Virus record (IMG/VR): IMGVR_UViG_3300032892_000002
Coordinates: 1-54,454 of that record
Source of the DNA: a virus
Lineage: Duplodnaviria > Caudoviricetes
Reading direction: 5' to 3' (one strand)
Length of the DNA stretch: 54,454 bases
Shown here: piece after piece, positions 19,525 through 28,809 of the stretch
Layout of the letters: every line of letters starts with the position of its first letter
How positions within the stretch are numbered: the stretch's first letter is position 1
Position numbers and translations under genes: made by a program
The notes under the pieces: generated by a model
Told to the model about the DNA's origin: nothing
The model's database searches: none
What the model saw: only the letters and a program-made list of their open reading frames with translations

Positions 19525-19619
19525 GTGTTTACGCCACCTGAAGTCTCGCAGGGTGAGGATGAAACCCTTCCTGGCGAACAGAAACGCTACGCAGAGCAGG
19601 GGGATGATGCTGGTGATGG

Positions 19620-19745
19620 TCAACGCTGCGGCTCTGGTGGGCGTCTAGGTTGCATCGGTTGCCAGCGGGCGGCGCATTCGGCGCACATCGCTGCAGAGTC
19701 GAGGTCGCCGCTGTCGATGCCGCATTTGAAACAGTAACCGGTCAC
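19620..19745 (-). CDS. 41-aa CxxC...CxxC micro-protein
   Basis: MTGYCFKCGIDSGDLDSAAMCAECAARWQ..., preceded by GGGGG; below the ORF-track cutoff. Confidence 0.45.
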   Translation of the reverse strand: MTGYCFKCGIDSGDLDSAAMCAECAARWQPMQPRRPPEPQR

Positions 19746-19818
19746 AGCGGCCCCCAGCGGTCGGTTGGGAAGTTGGGGGGTGGGTCGCCGTTGACGCACC
19801 CCAGCCGGTCAGCGCGGG

Positions 19819-20400
19819 CTAGCAGCCGTCATAGGGAGCCCAGGGTGCGGTGCCCTGCTCGGCGTAGAGCTTCCAGAATGCTTGGTTCTGCTCCCATACC
19901 GGGGCATTTTCCGGCAGTCCGGAGTACCCGAGTGCAGCGAAAGTTGACGGCAGGAACTGGTACAGGCCACCGGCGCCGGATGTGGGGTTGACCGCAGTCG
20001 GATCGCCGCCGGATTCGTGCTGGATGACACATTCCTGGAAGCCGGACGCACCGGACGAGGTTGAGGCTGAGGTCGCGGGGATGATCGCGGCTTGTGGTGT
20101 CACCGCGATCGCGCCGCTCAGGCTGACCTGCTGGCCGGGGTAGATCAGGTTCGGGTTGGCGATCTGCGGGTTGGAGGCTTCGACGGTGGCCAGCGGCAGC
20201 CCGTTGCGGGCCGCTATCCCGCTGAGCGTGTCACCGGGCACCACGATGTAGCTCGCTTCGCCGTACGCTGCGGGCCGTGTCTGCGCGGCGGTGTGGGCGG
20301 GGGATGCGGTGGCTGCTTGCGCGGGCAGCACGGTCAGGGTGGCTGCGGACGCTGCCGCAGCGGCGGAGGCAGCCAGGGCGGCTGCGATACGTTTACTCAT
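19819..20400 (-). CDS. rpf: Secreted LysM + resuscitation-promoting factor (Rpf)-like transglycosylase
   Basis: Signal peptide; LysM (YIVVPGDTLSGIAARNG..NPQIANPNLIYPGQ); Rpf core CVIQHESGGD..GGLYQFLPSTF..EQNQAF..QGTAPW..C. Confidence 0.88.
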   Translation of the reverse strand: MSKRIAAALAASAAAAASAATLTVLPAQAATASPAHTAAQTRPAAYGEASYIVVPGDTLSGIAARNGLPLATVEASNPQIANPNLIYPGQQVSLSGAIAVTPQAAIIPATSASTSSGASGFQECVIQHESGGDPTAVNPTSGAGGLYQFLPSTFAALGYSGLPENAPVWEQNQAFWKLYAEQGTAPWAPYDGC

Positions 20401-20467
20401 AACGGGCAAACGTAACGGGACGATAACGAGCCTGTATGGTGAACGGCGCAAAACAGTCCGCTAGGGT

Positions 20468-20863
20468 TTACTCCCCGCCGTGTTCACGCTCCTGTTCCTC
20501 TTCGACATGTTCGACGTAACGGCGGTCGTCTTCCATCTGCCGTTCCTCCCGCCGCCGCTGCCTGCGGGACATCTTGTCCGCGCGGCGCCGCGCCACATCA
20601 TGCACATGATGTTCGTGGTCGAGTTCCCGTTCCGTCGCGTCCCGGTGGTGCAGTTCCCGGCGCTGCGACCACGGCATCAGCCACCACGGGATCAGATGCC
20701 GGACCCAGCCCGGTGTCTGCGGCATAGCGGCCCTCCGTCGGCGTTCCCGGGCTGCGTGCCGCCGCAGCATCGCCGCCGCCAGCTGATTGTCCCGGTGATC
20801 CTGCAGAAGCGCGGCCAGCCACAGTGCAGCCCGGCCGGTCAGCCGCCGCAAACTCGCCAGCAT
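20468..20863 (-). CDS. Hypothetical Arg/Glu-rich protein
   Basis: ORF between the major tail and Rpf genes; no motif recognised. Confidence 0.45.
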   Translation of the reverse strand: MLASLRRLTGRAALWLAALLQDHRDNQLAAAMLRRHAARERRRRAAMPQTPGWVRHLIPWWLMPWSQRRELHHRDATERELDHEHHVHDVARRRADKMSRRQRRREERQMEDDRRYVEHVEEEQEREHGGE

Positions 20864-20888
20864 GGCACCGAACCAGGAGGTATGTAAG

Positions 20889-21467
20889 TTAACTCAACTG
20901 ATCGACGATGTGGAACGGCGCGATCGACGTCGAAATGTAGTAACTAGTGAACGTCACCGCGAACTCGGCACGGTTCGGCTTGTCGTACTTGACCGCCAGC
21001 TTCGTCTCCGCGAGCGTTTTACGGATGATGATCCGCCGCCTGGCGGCGAGCCCCGTGTTCAATGTCGGCGCCCACCCGTCGATCAGCAACGCCGTGTACG
21101 TCGGCTGGGTCGCCGAGTTCGTGGTCAACGGGTCCAGCGTCAGGTACGTCGACTGGGTGTTCGTTGTCGCCAGCAGGTTCATCACCTGGTACATGTTGGC
21201 GACAGTGATTTCGTTGAGCGTCGCGACGCAGGAGATCGCGCGGGCGGTCAGACGCGCGCCGACCGGGTCGACGAGCTGGTCAACGGTCAGCGGGGTGTAG
21301 GTCTGGTCGAGTTCGAAGGTGACGCCGCCGTTGGTGGCGCCGAAGTCGGTCCACGACGACGACGCTGGCGGGATCGACACGTTCGCGTCGGACGGTTCGG
21401 TCGCCCCGAACACACCGAAGTACAGTGTCGCGGGTCCCTGAACAAGATTGGATGGGGTGACGGCCAC
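20889..21467 (-). CDS. Major tail (tube) protein
   Basis: NLVQGPATLYFG..WTDFGATNGGV..VDQLVDPV..ATLNE...PFHIVDQ, typical of actinophage tail tubes. Confidence 0.88.
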   Translation of the reverse strand: MAVTPSNLVQGPATLYFGVFGATEPSDANVSIPPASSSWTDFGATNGGVTFELDQTYTPLTVDQLVDPVGARLTARAISCVATLNEITVANMYQVMNLLATTNTQSTYLTLDPLTTNSATQPTYTALLIDGWAPTLNTGLAARRRIIIRKTLAETKLAVKYDKPNRAEFAVTFTSYYISTSIAPFHIVDQLS

Positions 21468-21530
21468 GGTTGTCTCCGTTAGATGTTGTGGTCAGCGCCG
21501 TCTCCCAGCGCTGATCGATGCGGCCGGGGG

Positions 21531-21920
21531 TCAGTACACGCCGGGGATCTGGATGACGCCGACGGTTGTGGTGCCGCCGCCGGTGAACGTGAAGTCGACC
21601 GTCACGGTCGTGGTGCCGGGGGTGTCGAGCGCGGCGTGGAACGGCCCGACGACGCTGATCGCGCTGTTGTTCAGCGGCACCGAGAACGACGTCACGGACT
21701 GGCCGCCGATGGTCTGGCCGATGAACACTGTCGCGGTGCCGGCGGTGCCGTTGGCGGTGGCGTTGACCAGCAGCAGCACCTGCCCGAGGGGGGCGTTGTT
21801 GAAGGTGCAGCCGTTACCTGCGCCGGTGGTGACGGTGCCTGCGGCGCTGACGCCGTTGGTGAGGTTGGTGGCGGAGCCGTCGGCGCTCAGCAACGTGGGG
21901 GTGAGAGCTACGCGTGCCAT
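21531..21920 (-). CDS. Small virion (decoration-like) protein, paralog B
   Basis: 129 aa; tandem duplicate of 21936..22325. Confidence 0.65.
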   Translation of the reverse strand: MARVALTPTLLSADGSATNLTNGVSAAGTVTTGAGNGCTFNNAPLGQVLLLVNATANGTAGTATVFIGQTIGGQSVTSFSVPLNNSAISVVGPFHAALDTPGTTTVTVDFTFTGGGTTTVGVIQIPGVY

Positions 21921-21935
21921 GGGGTGGACCCTTTC

Positions 21936-22325
21936 TCAGTACACGCCGGGGATCTGGATGACGCCGACGGTGACGGACGTGTTGGCGGTGAAGTCGACGC
22001 CGACGAGGAAGGTGCCGGGGGTTTGCATGAACGCGTGGAACGGGCCGACGAGCGCGACGCCGGTGGTGGCGAGCGGCCCGACGGTGTAGCCACCCTGGTT
22101 GGCGGTACCGACGGACTGGCCGAGCAGCGTCTGGCCGATGACCACGGTCAGCGTCGTCGGGGTGCCTGCGGTGACGACGACGAGCAGCACCTGACCGAGG
22201 GGGGCGTTGTTGAACTGGACACCGTTGCCCGCGCCGGTGGCGGGTGTGGCCGTGGCGGCGGTGCCGAGGGTGGTGAAACTGCTGTCGGCCGTCATCAGCG
22301 TCGGGGTGAGCGTGGTCCGCGCCAT
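21936..22325 (-). CDS. Small virion (decoration-like) protein, paralog A
   Basis: 129 aa; shares TGAGNG..FNNAPLGQVLL, VGPFHA and TVGVIQIPGVY with 21531..21920. Confidence 0.65.
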   Translation of the reverse strand: MARTTLTPTLMTADSSFTTLGTAATATPATGAGNGVQFNNAPLGQVLLVVVTAGTPTTLTVVIGQTLLGQSVGTANQGGYTVGPLATTGVALVGPFHAFMQTPGTFLVGVDFTANTSVTVGVIQIPGVY

Positions 22326-22486
22326 TACGGGGCCTTCCTGTCAGCGGCTGGTTTGGATCCGTTATCCGCCTTGGTGTCAGGCGGTTTCCAGGTGGCGTCG
22401 ACCAGCCCCTGCGATGCGAGGGTGGCGATTTCGTCATCGGGGATGTCGACGGGGTCGTCGAACAACGTGAGTTTGATCAGCGGCAT
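22325..22486 (-). CDS. Small hypothetical protein
   Basis: MPLIKLTLFDDPVDIPDDEIATLASQGLV; typical small gene between tail terminator and tail tube. Confidence 0.55.
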   Translation of the reverse strand: MPLIKLTLFDDPVDIPDDEIATLASQGLVDATWKPPDTKADNGSKPAADRKAP

Positions 22487-22491
22487 GAGGG

Positions 22492-22977
22492 TTATCCGTT
22501 CACCCCTATCGGGGACAGGGTGATCCAATGCATCTGCATTTCGCAGATGTAGCGGGCGTAGTCACCGGCGTCGGTGTAGCTGCGTCTCGGCTCCTGCATG
22601 ATCCACGCGGACATGACCCGGACCGGCGGATAGGTGACGCCGCGTGACACGACGGTCAGTGGGCGCATCAGGGTGCCGCTGTAGCGGATGTCGTAGCAGG
22701 CCATCCGCACCTGCTCCAGCAGGGTCGATGCTTGCCACCACGGCGGTTTCGATGATCCGATACGGACGGCCCAGCCGTCGATCTGCAGCACGGGCTGCCG
22801 GATCGGGTTGTACTGGTCGGGGGATCCGCCGACGACGGACACGGTGATGAACCCGTTCGTTTCCCATTTGGTGGCGTCGTCGGGGAGCTGGGTGGCGACC
22901 CCGGCGTTCATCCCGCCGATCGTGGAGATCCACGAGGTGGCGACCTGTTCGGCGGACGGCAGCAACGTAACCGGCAC
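22492..22977 (-). CDS. Tail terminator/completion protein
   Basis: AEQVATSWI..VATQLP..GFITVSVVGG..PVLQIDGWA..KPPW..EPRR..DYARY. Confidence 0.75.
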   Translation of the reverse strand: MPVTLLPSAEQVATSWISTIGGMNAGVATQLPDDATKWETNGFITVSVVGGSPDQYNPIRQPVLQIDGWAVRIGSSKPPWWQASTLLEQVRMACYDIRYSGTLMRPLTVVSRGVTYPPVRVMSAWIMQEPRRSYTDAGDYARYICEMQMHWITLSPIGVNG

Positions 22978-22993
22978 AGGCCAGCCCCCCTGG

Positions 22994-23341
22994 TTAGAGG
23001 TCGTTGATTTGCAGGAGGCCGAACATGGCGGTTTTTTTCTGTCCACCTGCGATGACGTCGACCCGCCAGAACCGGGTTGCCGGTGTCTGCAGATCGACGG
23101 TGGGGATGGTGACCGTCGCGAGCCCCGCCGTAGGTGGAGACGTGACAACGACGCCGCCGCCGGTGGTGGACAGTTTGATGACGTCGATGTCGGTGTCTTC
23201 CGACGCTGCCGACGGTTTGATGTAGAAGTCGACCTCGGCGGATGTGAGGTCGTACGGAGTGATGCCGTCTGGTTGCAGCAGGGTGAGGTTGATGGTTTCG
23301 TCGTTGCGTTCGTTGAGCACCAGGTTGATCTGCGCGGTCAC
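22994..23341 (-). CDS. Ig-like (BppU N-terminal-like) small virion protein
   Basis: TPYDLTSAEVDFYIK..GLATVTIPTVDL..FWRVDV..TAMFGLL. Confidence 0.55.
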   Translation of the reverse strand: MTAQINLVLNERNDETINLTLLQPDGITPYDLTSAEVDFYIKPSAASEDTDIDVIKLSTTGGGVVVTSPPTAGLATVTIPTVDLQTPATRFWRVDVIAGGQKKTAMFGLLQINDL

Positions 23342-23354
23342 CGGCGGTCCCTTC

Positions 23355-26300
23355 TCATCCCGGGGTCGCGGTTCCGGTGATGTTCTGCGGGACAGCGCCG
23401 CCGGTAACGTTCTGCGGGACAGCGCCGCCGGTAACGCCGGGTACGATCAGCGGTTTCAGGTTGACCAGGCCGTGGACCCCGCCGAACCTGGCGCGGGTCA
23501 GCGGCGGTGGCCGTCTGCCCGGTACGACCGGTACCGCGTATTGCGGCGCGCCGAGCTGGGTGACGACGCGGCTGGCGTAACCGGCGGCACATTGCCAGCG
23601 TGGGCCGATCCGTGACCGTGCAGGCAGCGGCGGCCGCCACACGAATGGCCGCACCGGAACAGCGGTGACCGGCTTGTTGTACAGCCCTGCGGACCCGCCG
23701 GCGGCCTGACCGCGTGGGCCGCATCGGCCCCTAGCTGGGAGCGGGGACCGCCAGATGAACGGTTTCGGTGGCCCGAGCGCACCGAGCGGCGGGTGCGGTA
23801 CCGGGATCCCGGCGCCGGCGGTGCCGCGTGGGCCGATCCGGGCGGAGGCGTGCAGCGGGGACCGCCACACGAACGGTTTCGGTGGCCCCAGCGCGCCGAA
23901 TTGGGTGAGAACTCCGCCGCGGCCCGCTGCTGCGGTGCTGCGTGGCCCGGTGACCGCCCGGTACGGTCCTGGTCGCCGTATCTGCGGCGCTGGGCGCTGG
24001 TATGTGGTGGCGAGCGGGATCGGCGCCGGGCCGGTGGTGCCGCCGGCGGTGGTGGTGTGCCCGGTGGTGGCGCGGGTGTGTTTCGGCGGGTATTGCGGGA
24101 CTTTCCGCGCGGGTGGCAGGGCGCCGAGCGGGACCGGTGGGGCGGTGTAACCTGCCGCGCATGTGCCGCGTGGCCCGAGTGTGGCCCTCGCCGGTGCGGG
24201 CCGGCGGATCTGCGGCGGGGTCCGCTGGTAGGCGCCGGGTGTGCCAGGGAGGACGGGTGGTGCGGGTGCTGCGGCGCCGTGCCATACCGCCCGGGCGGGT
24301 GCGGGGCGCTGGGCTTGTGGTGGCAGCGGGCGGTGCAGGACAGGCAGCGTGCCCAGCGGCACCGCCGGTGCTGCTACACCGTGCCAGAGCCCTCTTGCGG
24401 GCGCCGGGCGCCGGATTGCCGGTGCTGGCCGCTGGTAGGCGGTTACGACAGGTGGTTGCGCGGGGTAACCGGCGCCGTGCCACACCACCCGGGTCAGCGG
24501 CGCGGGCAGCCGTCCCGGCACCACTGGGACGGTGACCTGCGGCGGCCCCAGCAGCGGCAGGTTGTACAGCCCAGCAGTGCCTGCGCCGACCGCACCGGCA
24601 GGCCCTAGTTTGGCGCGCGCTGGTCCTGGCCGGCGGATCTGCGGCGAAACCCGCTGATACGCACCGGGGGTACCGGGGACCGGCGGGATGTACGGGCCAA
24701 GGACCGCGACATCGACCCAGTAGTTGGTCGCGTTGAAACTCGACGCCGGGTAGGTGAGAATCCCGCCGAGGTTGAATGTGTCCTGGCCGCCGTCGGCTGC
24801 GGCGTTGTCCGGCGCGAAGATGATCCCCGACGTGATCCCCGCTGCGCCGGGACCGGTGTCCCAGTAGTGCGTGGTCGCTGAGTACCAGCCGACGGCGGCG
24901 GACTGGCAGACGACCGCCTTGTACGGCACCCCGGCGGTGATGGTAACCGGGCCAGTGGCGGCTGCCAGGATCCAGCCGGTGGCGGCGGTGACCGGGAATG
25001 TGACCGCCGAACCCGCCACCGGGGTGCCGGTGCCGGGGCCGGTGACCTGGAACAGTTCAGCGCTGGTCGGCAGCGCGTCCCCGGCGGTGGCGCGCCAGAA
25101 CCAGATGCCGGCGAAGGTTGCGTTGACGCTGAGGGTGAACTCGACGCCGAGGGAGTAGGCGCTGGGGTCACCGGAACTGGTCGCGGGGCCGGGGGTGGAT
25201 GGCCAGATGCGGTAGGCGACGACCAGCGGCGCCGGTCCCTGGATCCCGGCAGCGCTCGTAGCGGGTCCGGTGACGGCGCGGCTGACCCGCCGCTGCCCGA
25301 TGATGATCGGGATTACCGGCTGCGCGGCTCCGGTGGGGGTGACAACCGTTGACGCGATCCCGGCTGCGCAGCCGCTTGCGGGTCCGACGACGGCGCGGGC
25401 CCGGGCCGGTCGTTTCACCGTCAGCGGCGGCAACCCGACCGGCGGTGCCGCAGGCGGTACCGCTGCTACGGCGGTGCCATGCCACAGTCCACGCGCTGGC
25501 GCTGGCCGGTATCTGTGGACAGGTGCAGCCGTTTGCGCGGCCGGTGGCAGCGGTCCTGGCAGGTTGACCAGCGCGGCGACGCCCGCGCCAACGGCACCGG
25601 ACGGACCGAGCTTGGCGCGCGCTGGTCCTGGCCGGCGGATCTGCGGCGAAACCCGCTGATACGCACCGGGGGTACCGGGCAGCGCGATCGGTGCTGGGCC
25701 TGCGGCGCCGTGCCACAGCACCTGGGCGGCCGCTGGGCGGCGGATCTGGGGCGCCGGCCGCTGGTAGGCGGTAACGACCGGCGGGGCGCCCCTGGCCGCA
25801 CCCGCAGCGCAAGCTACCGCCGGTCCGACATGGGCCCGCGCAGGGACCCTGCTGCGGGCGATGAACGGCCTCGCCGGCAGCAGGGTCCCCAGCGGAACGC
25901 CGCCCGCAACGCCGCCGTACGGGCCAGGTCGCGGACCCACCCACGCCCGCGCGGGTGGGCGGCGGGTGATGACCGGCCGCAGCTGCGGGGACGGTGCCGC
26001 GCCTGCCGGGTAGTGCGGAGCGGCGTACCCGCGCCACAGCACCCGCCGTGGCGGCAGATGCTGGATGACTGGGCGGGGGGCAGGCTGCGACGGTGAACCG
26101 AGCGGGGGTGCCGCGCTCGCGACACCGCCAGCAGCCTGACCTCGGGGCCCGGTGTGTGCCCGCGCAGGTGGCCGGTGAACGATGACAGGGCGGGGCGGCG
26201 GCTGGGTGAGATACCCAAGCGACAGCGACGGCCCGACCTGCCCGGCAGCGACGTATGTTCCGGGGCCGACTTTCGCCCGCGGCGACGCGGGCCGGAACCG

Positions 26301-27473
26301 GTGAACAGGCGCTGCTGCCTGCACCGCCGGCGGCAGCGGTCCTGGCAGGTTGACCAGCGCGGCGACACCGCCGCCGGTCTTACCGGACGGTCCGACCCGG
26401 GCGCGTGCCGGGGCCGGGCGGTGGGAAACGAATCCTCTGGCGCTGGCGGCTACCGGAACTGCTGGGGGCGGGGCGGCGATCCCGGCGCCGGTTTGCTGGT
26501 TTCCGGTGGTGGCGCGGCGCGGCGGCGGTGGGGGCCGATGACCGGGTGGCCGCTGCTGCAACGTGATCGCAGCAGCAGCGATCGGTGGGGACGGTGGGGA
26601 GATTCGCTGGCGGTGGCGGTTAAGACGCCGCCAGGTGGGGCCGCCGATGTGGGGGTAGTTCGGCGACGGAGCCGACGTGGCGCCGGCGTTTTCGATTTCG
26701 ATGCCGAGCAGGGTCCAGGTCTGCCCGGTCGGTGAGGTGATGCCGAGAGTCTGCGACCCTGGCGCGGTGGCGATCTGGTACGCGTAATAGGCGGTGTACA
26801 GGCCGCTCTGGGTGGTGTAGCCGTCTTGGGTGGGGACCGCTGATGTGCTGTTGTAGGTGGGGGTCCCGGATATGGCCGCCCAGTCGCCGTTGAGCCACGA
26901 CACAACGGAACTGGCACCGACGGTGGTGATCGTGGTGGACGGTGCGCCGGACCCGCGTGTGTCGACGGTGGCGGGGGTGGTCGCGAGTTGCGCCCCGGAC
27001 CAGCGTTCCACCACGATCGAGTTGGCGCCGTTGCCGGTGTGCGCCACCGTGACGGTCATCGACGCTGACGCGGTGACCGGCGCGGTCCAGATTTTGCAGC
27101 CGGTGTGGGATGAGGTTACATCCGACACCCACAGGGTGTAGGTGAACCCGCCGCCGGTCGGGGTGGACTGGACAATGCTGGAGGCATCTTCGGTGATGCC
27201 TTTGACGACGAGGATTTCACCGACAGCAGGGGTGAACGAACCGGTGACCGCGCTGCCGGTGCCGCCGGCCACGTACACCGGGTAGGAGGCGACCAGCAGC
27301 GGCGGGTCCGGCGGTATGCCCAGCCCACCAGCGCACACCGCCCCAGCGCCGACCCGCGCCCGCGCGGGTGCCGGGGGGCGGGCGACGAACGGCCGGACCT
27401 GCAGCGCGGTTGTGACGACCGGTACTTGCCGGATGTACGGCTGGCCCGGGAATGCGCGCCTGAAACGGGCCAT
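23355..27473 (-). CDS. 1372-aa Pro/Arg/Ala-rich repetitive fibre-like protein with an internal DUF4082-like domain
   Basis: Many (R)RPxPARA-(xGP|xWHG) repeats; globular insert YSLGVEFT..AGIWFWR..NYWVDV at about 24705-25215; N-terminal beta domain. Confidence 0.7.
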   Translation of the reverse strand: MARFRRAFPGQPYIRQVPVVTTALQVRPFVARPPAPARARVGAGAVCAGGLGIPPDPPLLVASYPVYVAGGTGSAVTGSFTPAVGEILVVKGITEDASSIVQSTPTGGGFTYTLWVSDVTSSHTGCKIWTAPVTASASMTVTVAHTGNGANSIVVERWSGAQLATTPATVDTRGSGAPSTTITTVGASSVVSWLNGDWAAISGTPTYNSTSAVPTQDGYTTQSGLYTAYYAYQIATAPGSQTLGITSPTGQTWTLLGIEIENAGATSAPSPNYPHIGGPTWRRLNRHRQRISPPSPPIAAAAITLQQRPPGHRPPPPPRRATTGNQQTGAGIAAPPPAVPVAASARGFVSHRPAPARARVGPSGKTGGGVAALVNLPGPLPPAVQAAAPVHRFRPASPRAKVGPGTYVAAGQVGPSLSLGYLTQPPPRPVIVHRPPARAHTGPRGQAAGGVASAAPPLGSPSQPAPRPVIQHLPPRRVLWRGYAAPHYPAGAAPSPQLRPVITRRPPARAWVGPRPGPYGGVAGGVPLGTLLPARPFIARSRVPARAHVGPAVACAAGAARGAPPVVTAYQRPAPQIRRPAAAQVLWHGAAGPAPIALPGTPGAYQRVSPQIRRPGPARAKLGPSGAVGAGVAALVNLPGPLPPAAQTAAPVHRYRPAPARGLWHGTAVAAVPPAAPPVGLPPLTVKRPARARAVVGPASGCAAGIASTVVTPTGAAQPVIPIIIGQRRVSRAVTGPATSAAGIQGPAPLVVAYRIWPSTPGPATSSGDPSAYSLGVEFTLSVNATFAGIWFWRATAGDALPTSAELFQVTGPGTGTPVAGSAVTFPVTAATGWILAAATGPVTITAGVPYKAVVCQSAAVGWYSATTHYWDTGPGAAGITSGIIFAPDNAAADGGQDTFNLGGILTYPASSFNATNYWVDVAVLGPYIPPVPGTPGAYQRVSPQIRRPGPARAKLGPAGAVGAGTAGLYNLPLLGPPQVTVPVVPGRLPAPLTRVVWHGAGYPAQPPVVTAYQRPAPAIRRPAPARGLWHGVAAPAVPLGTLPVLHRPLPPQAQRPAPARAVWHGAAAPAPPVLPGTPGAYQRTPPQIRRPAPARATLGPRGTCAAGYTAPPVPLGALPPARKVPQYPPKHTRATTGHTTTAGGTTGPAPIPLATTYQRPAPQIRRPGPYRAVTGPRSTAAAGRGGVLTQFGALGPPKPFVWRSPLHASARIGPRGTAGAGIPVPHPPLGALGPPKPFIWRSPLPARGRCGPRGQAAGGSAGLYNKPVTAVPVRPFVWRPPLPARSRIGPRWQCAAGYASRVVTQLGAPQYAVPVVPGRRPPPLTRARFGGVHGLVNLKPLIVPGVTGGAVPQNVTGGAVPQNITGTATPG
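23382..23435. repeat. 27-bp tandem direct repeat x2
   Basis: GTTCTGCGGGACAGCGCCGCCGGTAAC twice; encodes VTGGAVPQN repeats. Confidence 0.9.
24610..25679. repeat. 68-bp exact direct repeat pair (24610-24677 and 25612-25679)
   Basis: TTGGCGCGCGCTGGTCC...GGGGGTACCGGG identical in both copies, 1002 bp apart. Confidence 0.9.
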
Positions 27474-27499
27474 CCCGCGCCTCCTCTAACCCGGCGCCG

Positions 27500-28045
27500 C
27501 TACCCGGCGGTCAGCAGGTACGACCCGCCGCTGTGGGTGTGCCCGGTCACCGCCGACGCGGTCCAGTTCACCACCACACCCACGGCGTCGACGTTCACCG
27601 TCGACGCCGTGGTCAGATATTTGGTGGCGACCAGCTGCACACCGAGCCCAGCCATGTTCGACCAGGCGGCGACGCCGGTGAACGGGACGACGGTGCTGTT
27701 CGAGGTGGACGTGGCCAGCGTCATCGCGGTCGAAGAACCGAGCGGTGTGCCACCGTCGGTCAGTTGCGCCGTCACGGACGACCAGCGGGTGGTCGCGCCG
27801 GTCACGTAGTAGTACACGATCGCGTTGACGGAGTCCACGGAGGCGGGGATTTCGGATCCCATCGCGGTGTCCGCGCCGTACCCGGTGCAGGTGATCGTCC
27901 CCGCTTCACCGTTGGTCGCGCTGGCGTACGTGGCGCGGGAATTGTCGTTCGCCCCAGCGGCGCGGGCCGGGTTCGACCAGCTGTCGGACCCGCTCGACGC
28001 GGTGGAAGGTGTACCTGTCGCCCACAGGGTCGCGGTCGCAGCCAC
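27500..28045 (-). CDS. Hypothetical virion beta-rich protein
   Basis: SWSNPARA..ATYA..VNVDAVGVVVNWT; Thr/Ala/Ser-rich. Confidence 0.55.
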   Translation of the reverse strand: MAATATLWATGTPSTASSGSDSWSNPARAAGANDNSRATYASATNGEAGTITCTGYGADTAMGSEIPASVDSVNAIVYYYVTGATTRWSSVTAQLTDGGTPLGSSTAMTLATSTSNSTVVPFTGVAAWSNMAGLGVQLVATKYLTTASTVNVDAVGVVVNWTASAVTGHTHSGGSYLLTAG

Positions 28046-28050
28046 CAGAG

Positions 28051-28539
28051 TTACTCTTCGTAGATGACGTAGACGAGGGCGTTGCAGGTGACGTTCGACG
28101 TGACCCTGGCCCGGACAAACGTCGAGTAGTTGGCCTGCGGTTCCCGGCCGAGCGGCCACAGCTTCACATACTGCGCCGGGGGGACGATCAGCTGCAGATC
28201 GAAGGTGCGGTACGCGGCGACGGTCCCTTCGGTGCCGGGACTCCAGCAGGTAAGCGCCGCACCACCGGCGCATTGGGACGCGATACCGGTGAAACTTGAG
28301 TATTCCGACGGTGTGATCGACGTGCCAGTGCTGGCGGCGCCGGTGCAGCCGAACAGCTCCGCAGTGATGATCGCCGCCGAGGCGGGGGTGTCGAAACTGA
28401 TCCCCCATTCGACGATTTTGATCGCCACCGTGGACGGGACCCCGATCTGCAGCAACGTTTTGATCGACGTTCCGGTCGCGACTTTCACCGGCGCTGCGGT
28501 CGTCGGGAAAGCGGCGTTCTGCACCTGATACAGGGTCAC
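28051..28539 (-). CDS. Hypothetical virion protein (jelly-roll-like)
   Basis: KTLLQI..IVEWGISFD..WPLGREP..VRARVT. Confidence 0.6.
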   Translation of the reverse strand: MTLYQVQNAAFPTTAAPVKVATGTSIKTLLQIGVPSTVAIKIVEWGISFDTPASAAIITAELFGCTGAASTGTSITPSEYSSFTGIASQCAGGAALTCWSPGTEGTVAAYRTFDLQLIVPPAQYVKLWPLGREPQANYSTFVRARVTSNVTCNALVYVIYEE

Positions 28540-28799
28540 GCCGACGCCCCCCACACCAGCAGATATGCGGCGTCAGCGTTCAGCCCAGCAGGGATGGTCG
28601 CGACCGTCCCATCGACGGACACCGTTTCGGTTCCGGCGACCGTGGTACCCAGAATGGTGCCCTGCTTGACGACGGAAAAATCAGCGGCGAGATTAGCGGT
28701 GTCGCCGCTGGTGACGTTCCGCAGCGCGTACAGGGCCGCTTTGTCGGACAGCCCGTTCGACCACACCTGCACGTAGTGATCCGGGGTCAGCTCTGCCAC
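28536..28799 (-). CDS. Small hypothetical virion protein
   Basis: SD GAGGAG; coupled to neighbouring genes. Confidence 0.6.
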   Translation of the reverse strand: MAELTPDHYVQVWSNGLSDKAALYALRNVTSGDTANLAADFSVVKQGTILGTTVAGTETVSVDGTVATIPAGLNADAAYLLVWGASA

Positions 28800-28809
28800 G
28801 GAAAGCTCC

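Noticed and set aside
20401-20467. c-di-AMP riboswitch upstream of the Rpf gene, as in Streptomyces rpfA
   Set aside because: Only about 67 nt of intergenic space and no recognisable riboswitch motif.
23355-27473. Diversity-generating retroelement or CRISPR array suggested by the repeats
   Set aside because: No reverse transcriptase or cas gene; the repeats are coding, identical or irregularly degenerate, with no adenine-specific variation or spacers.
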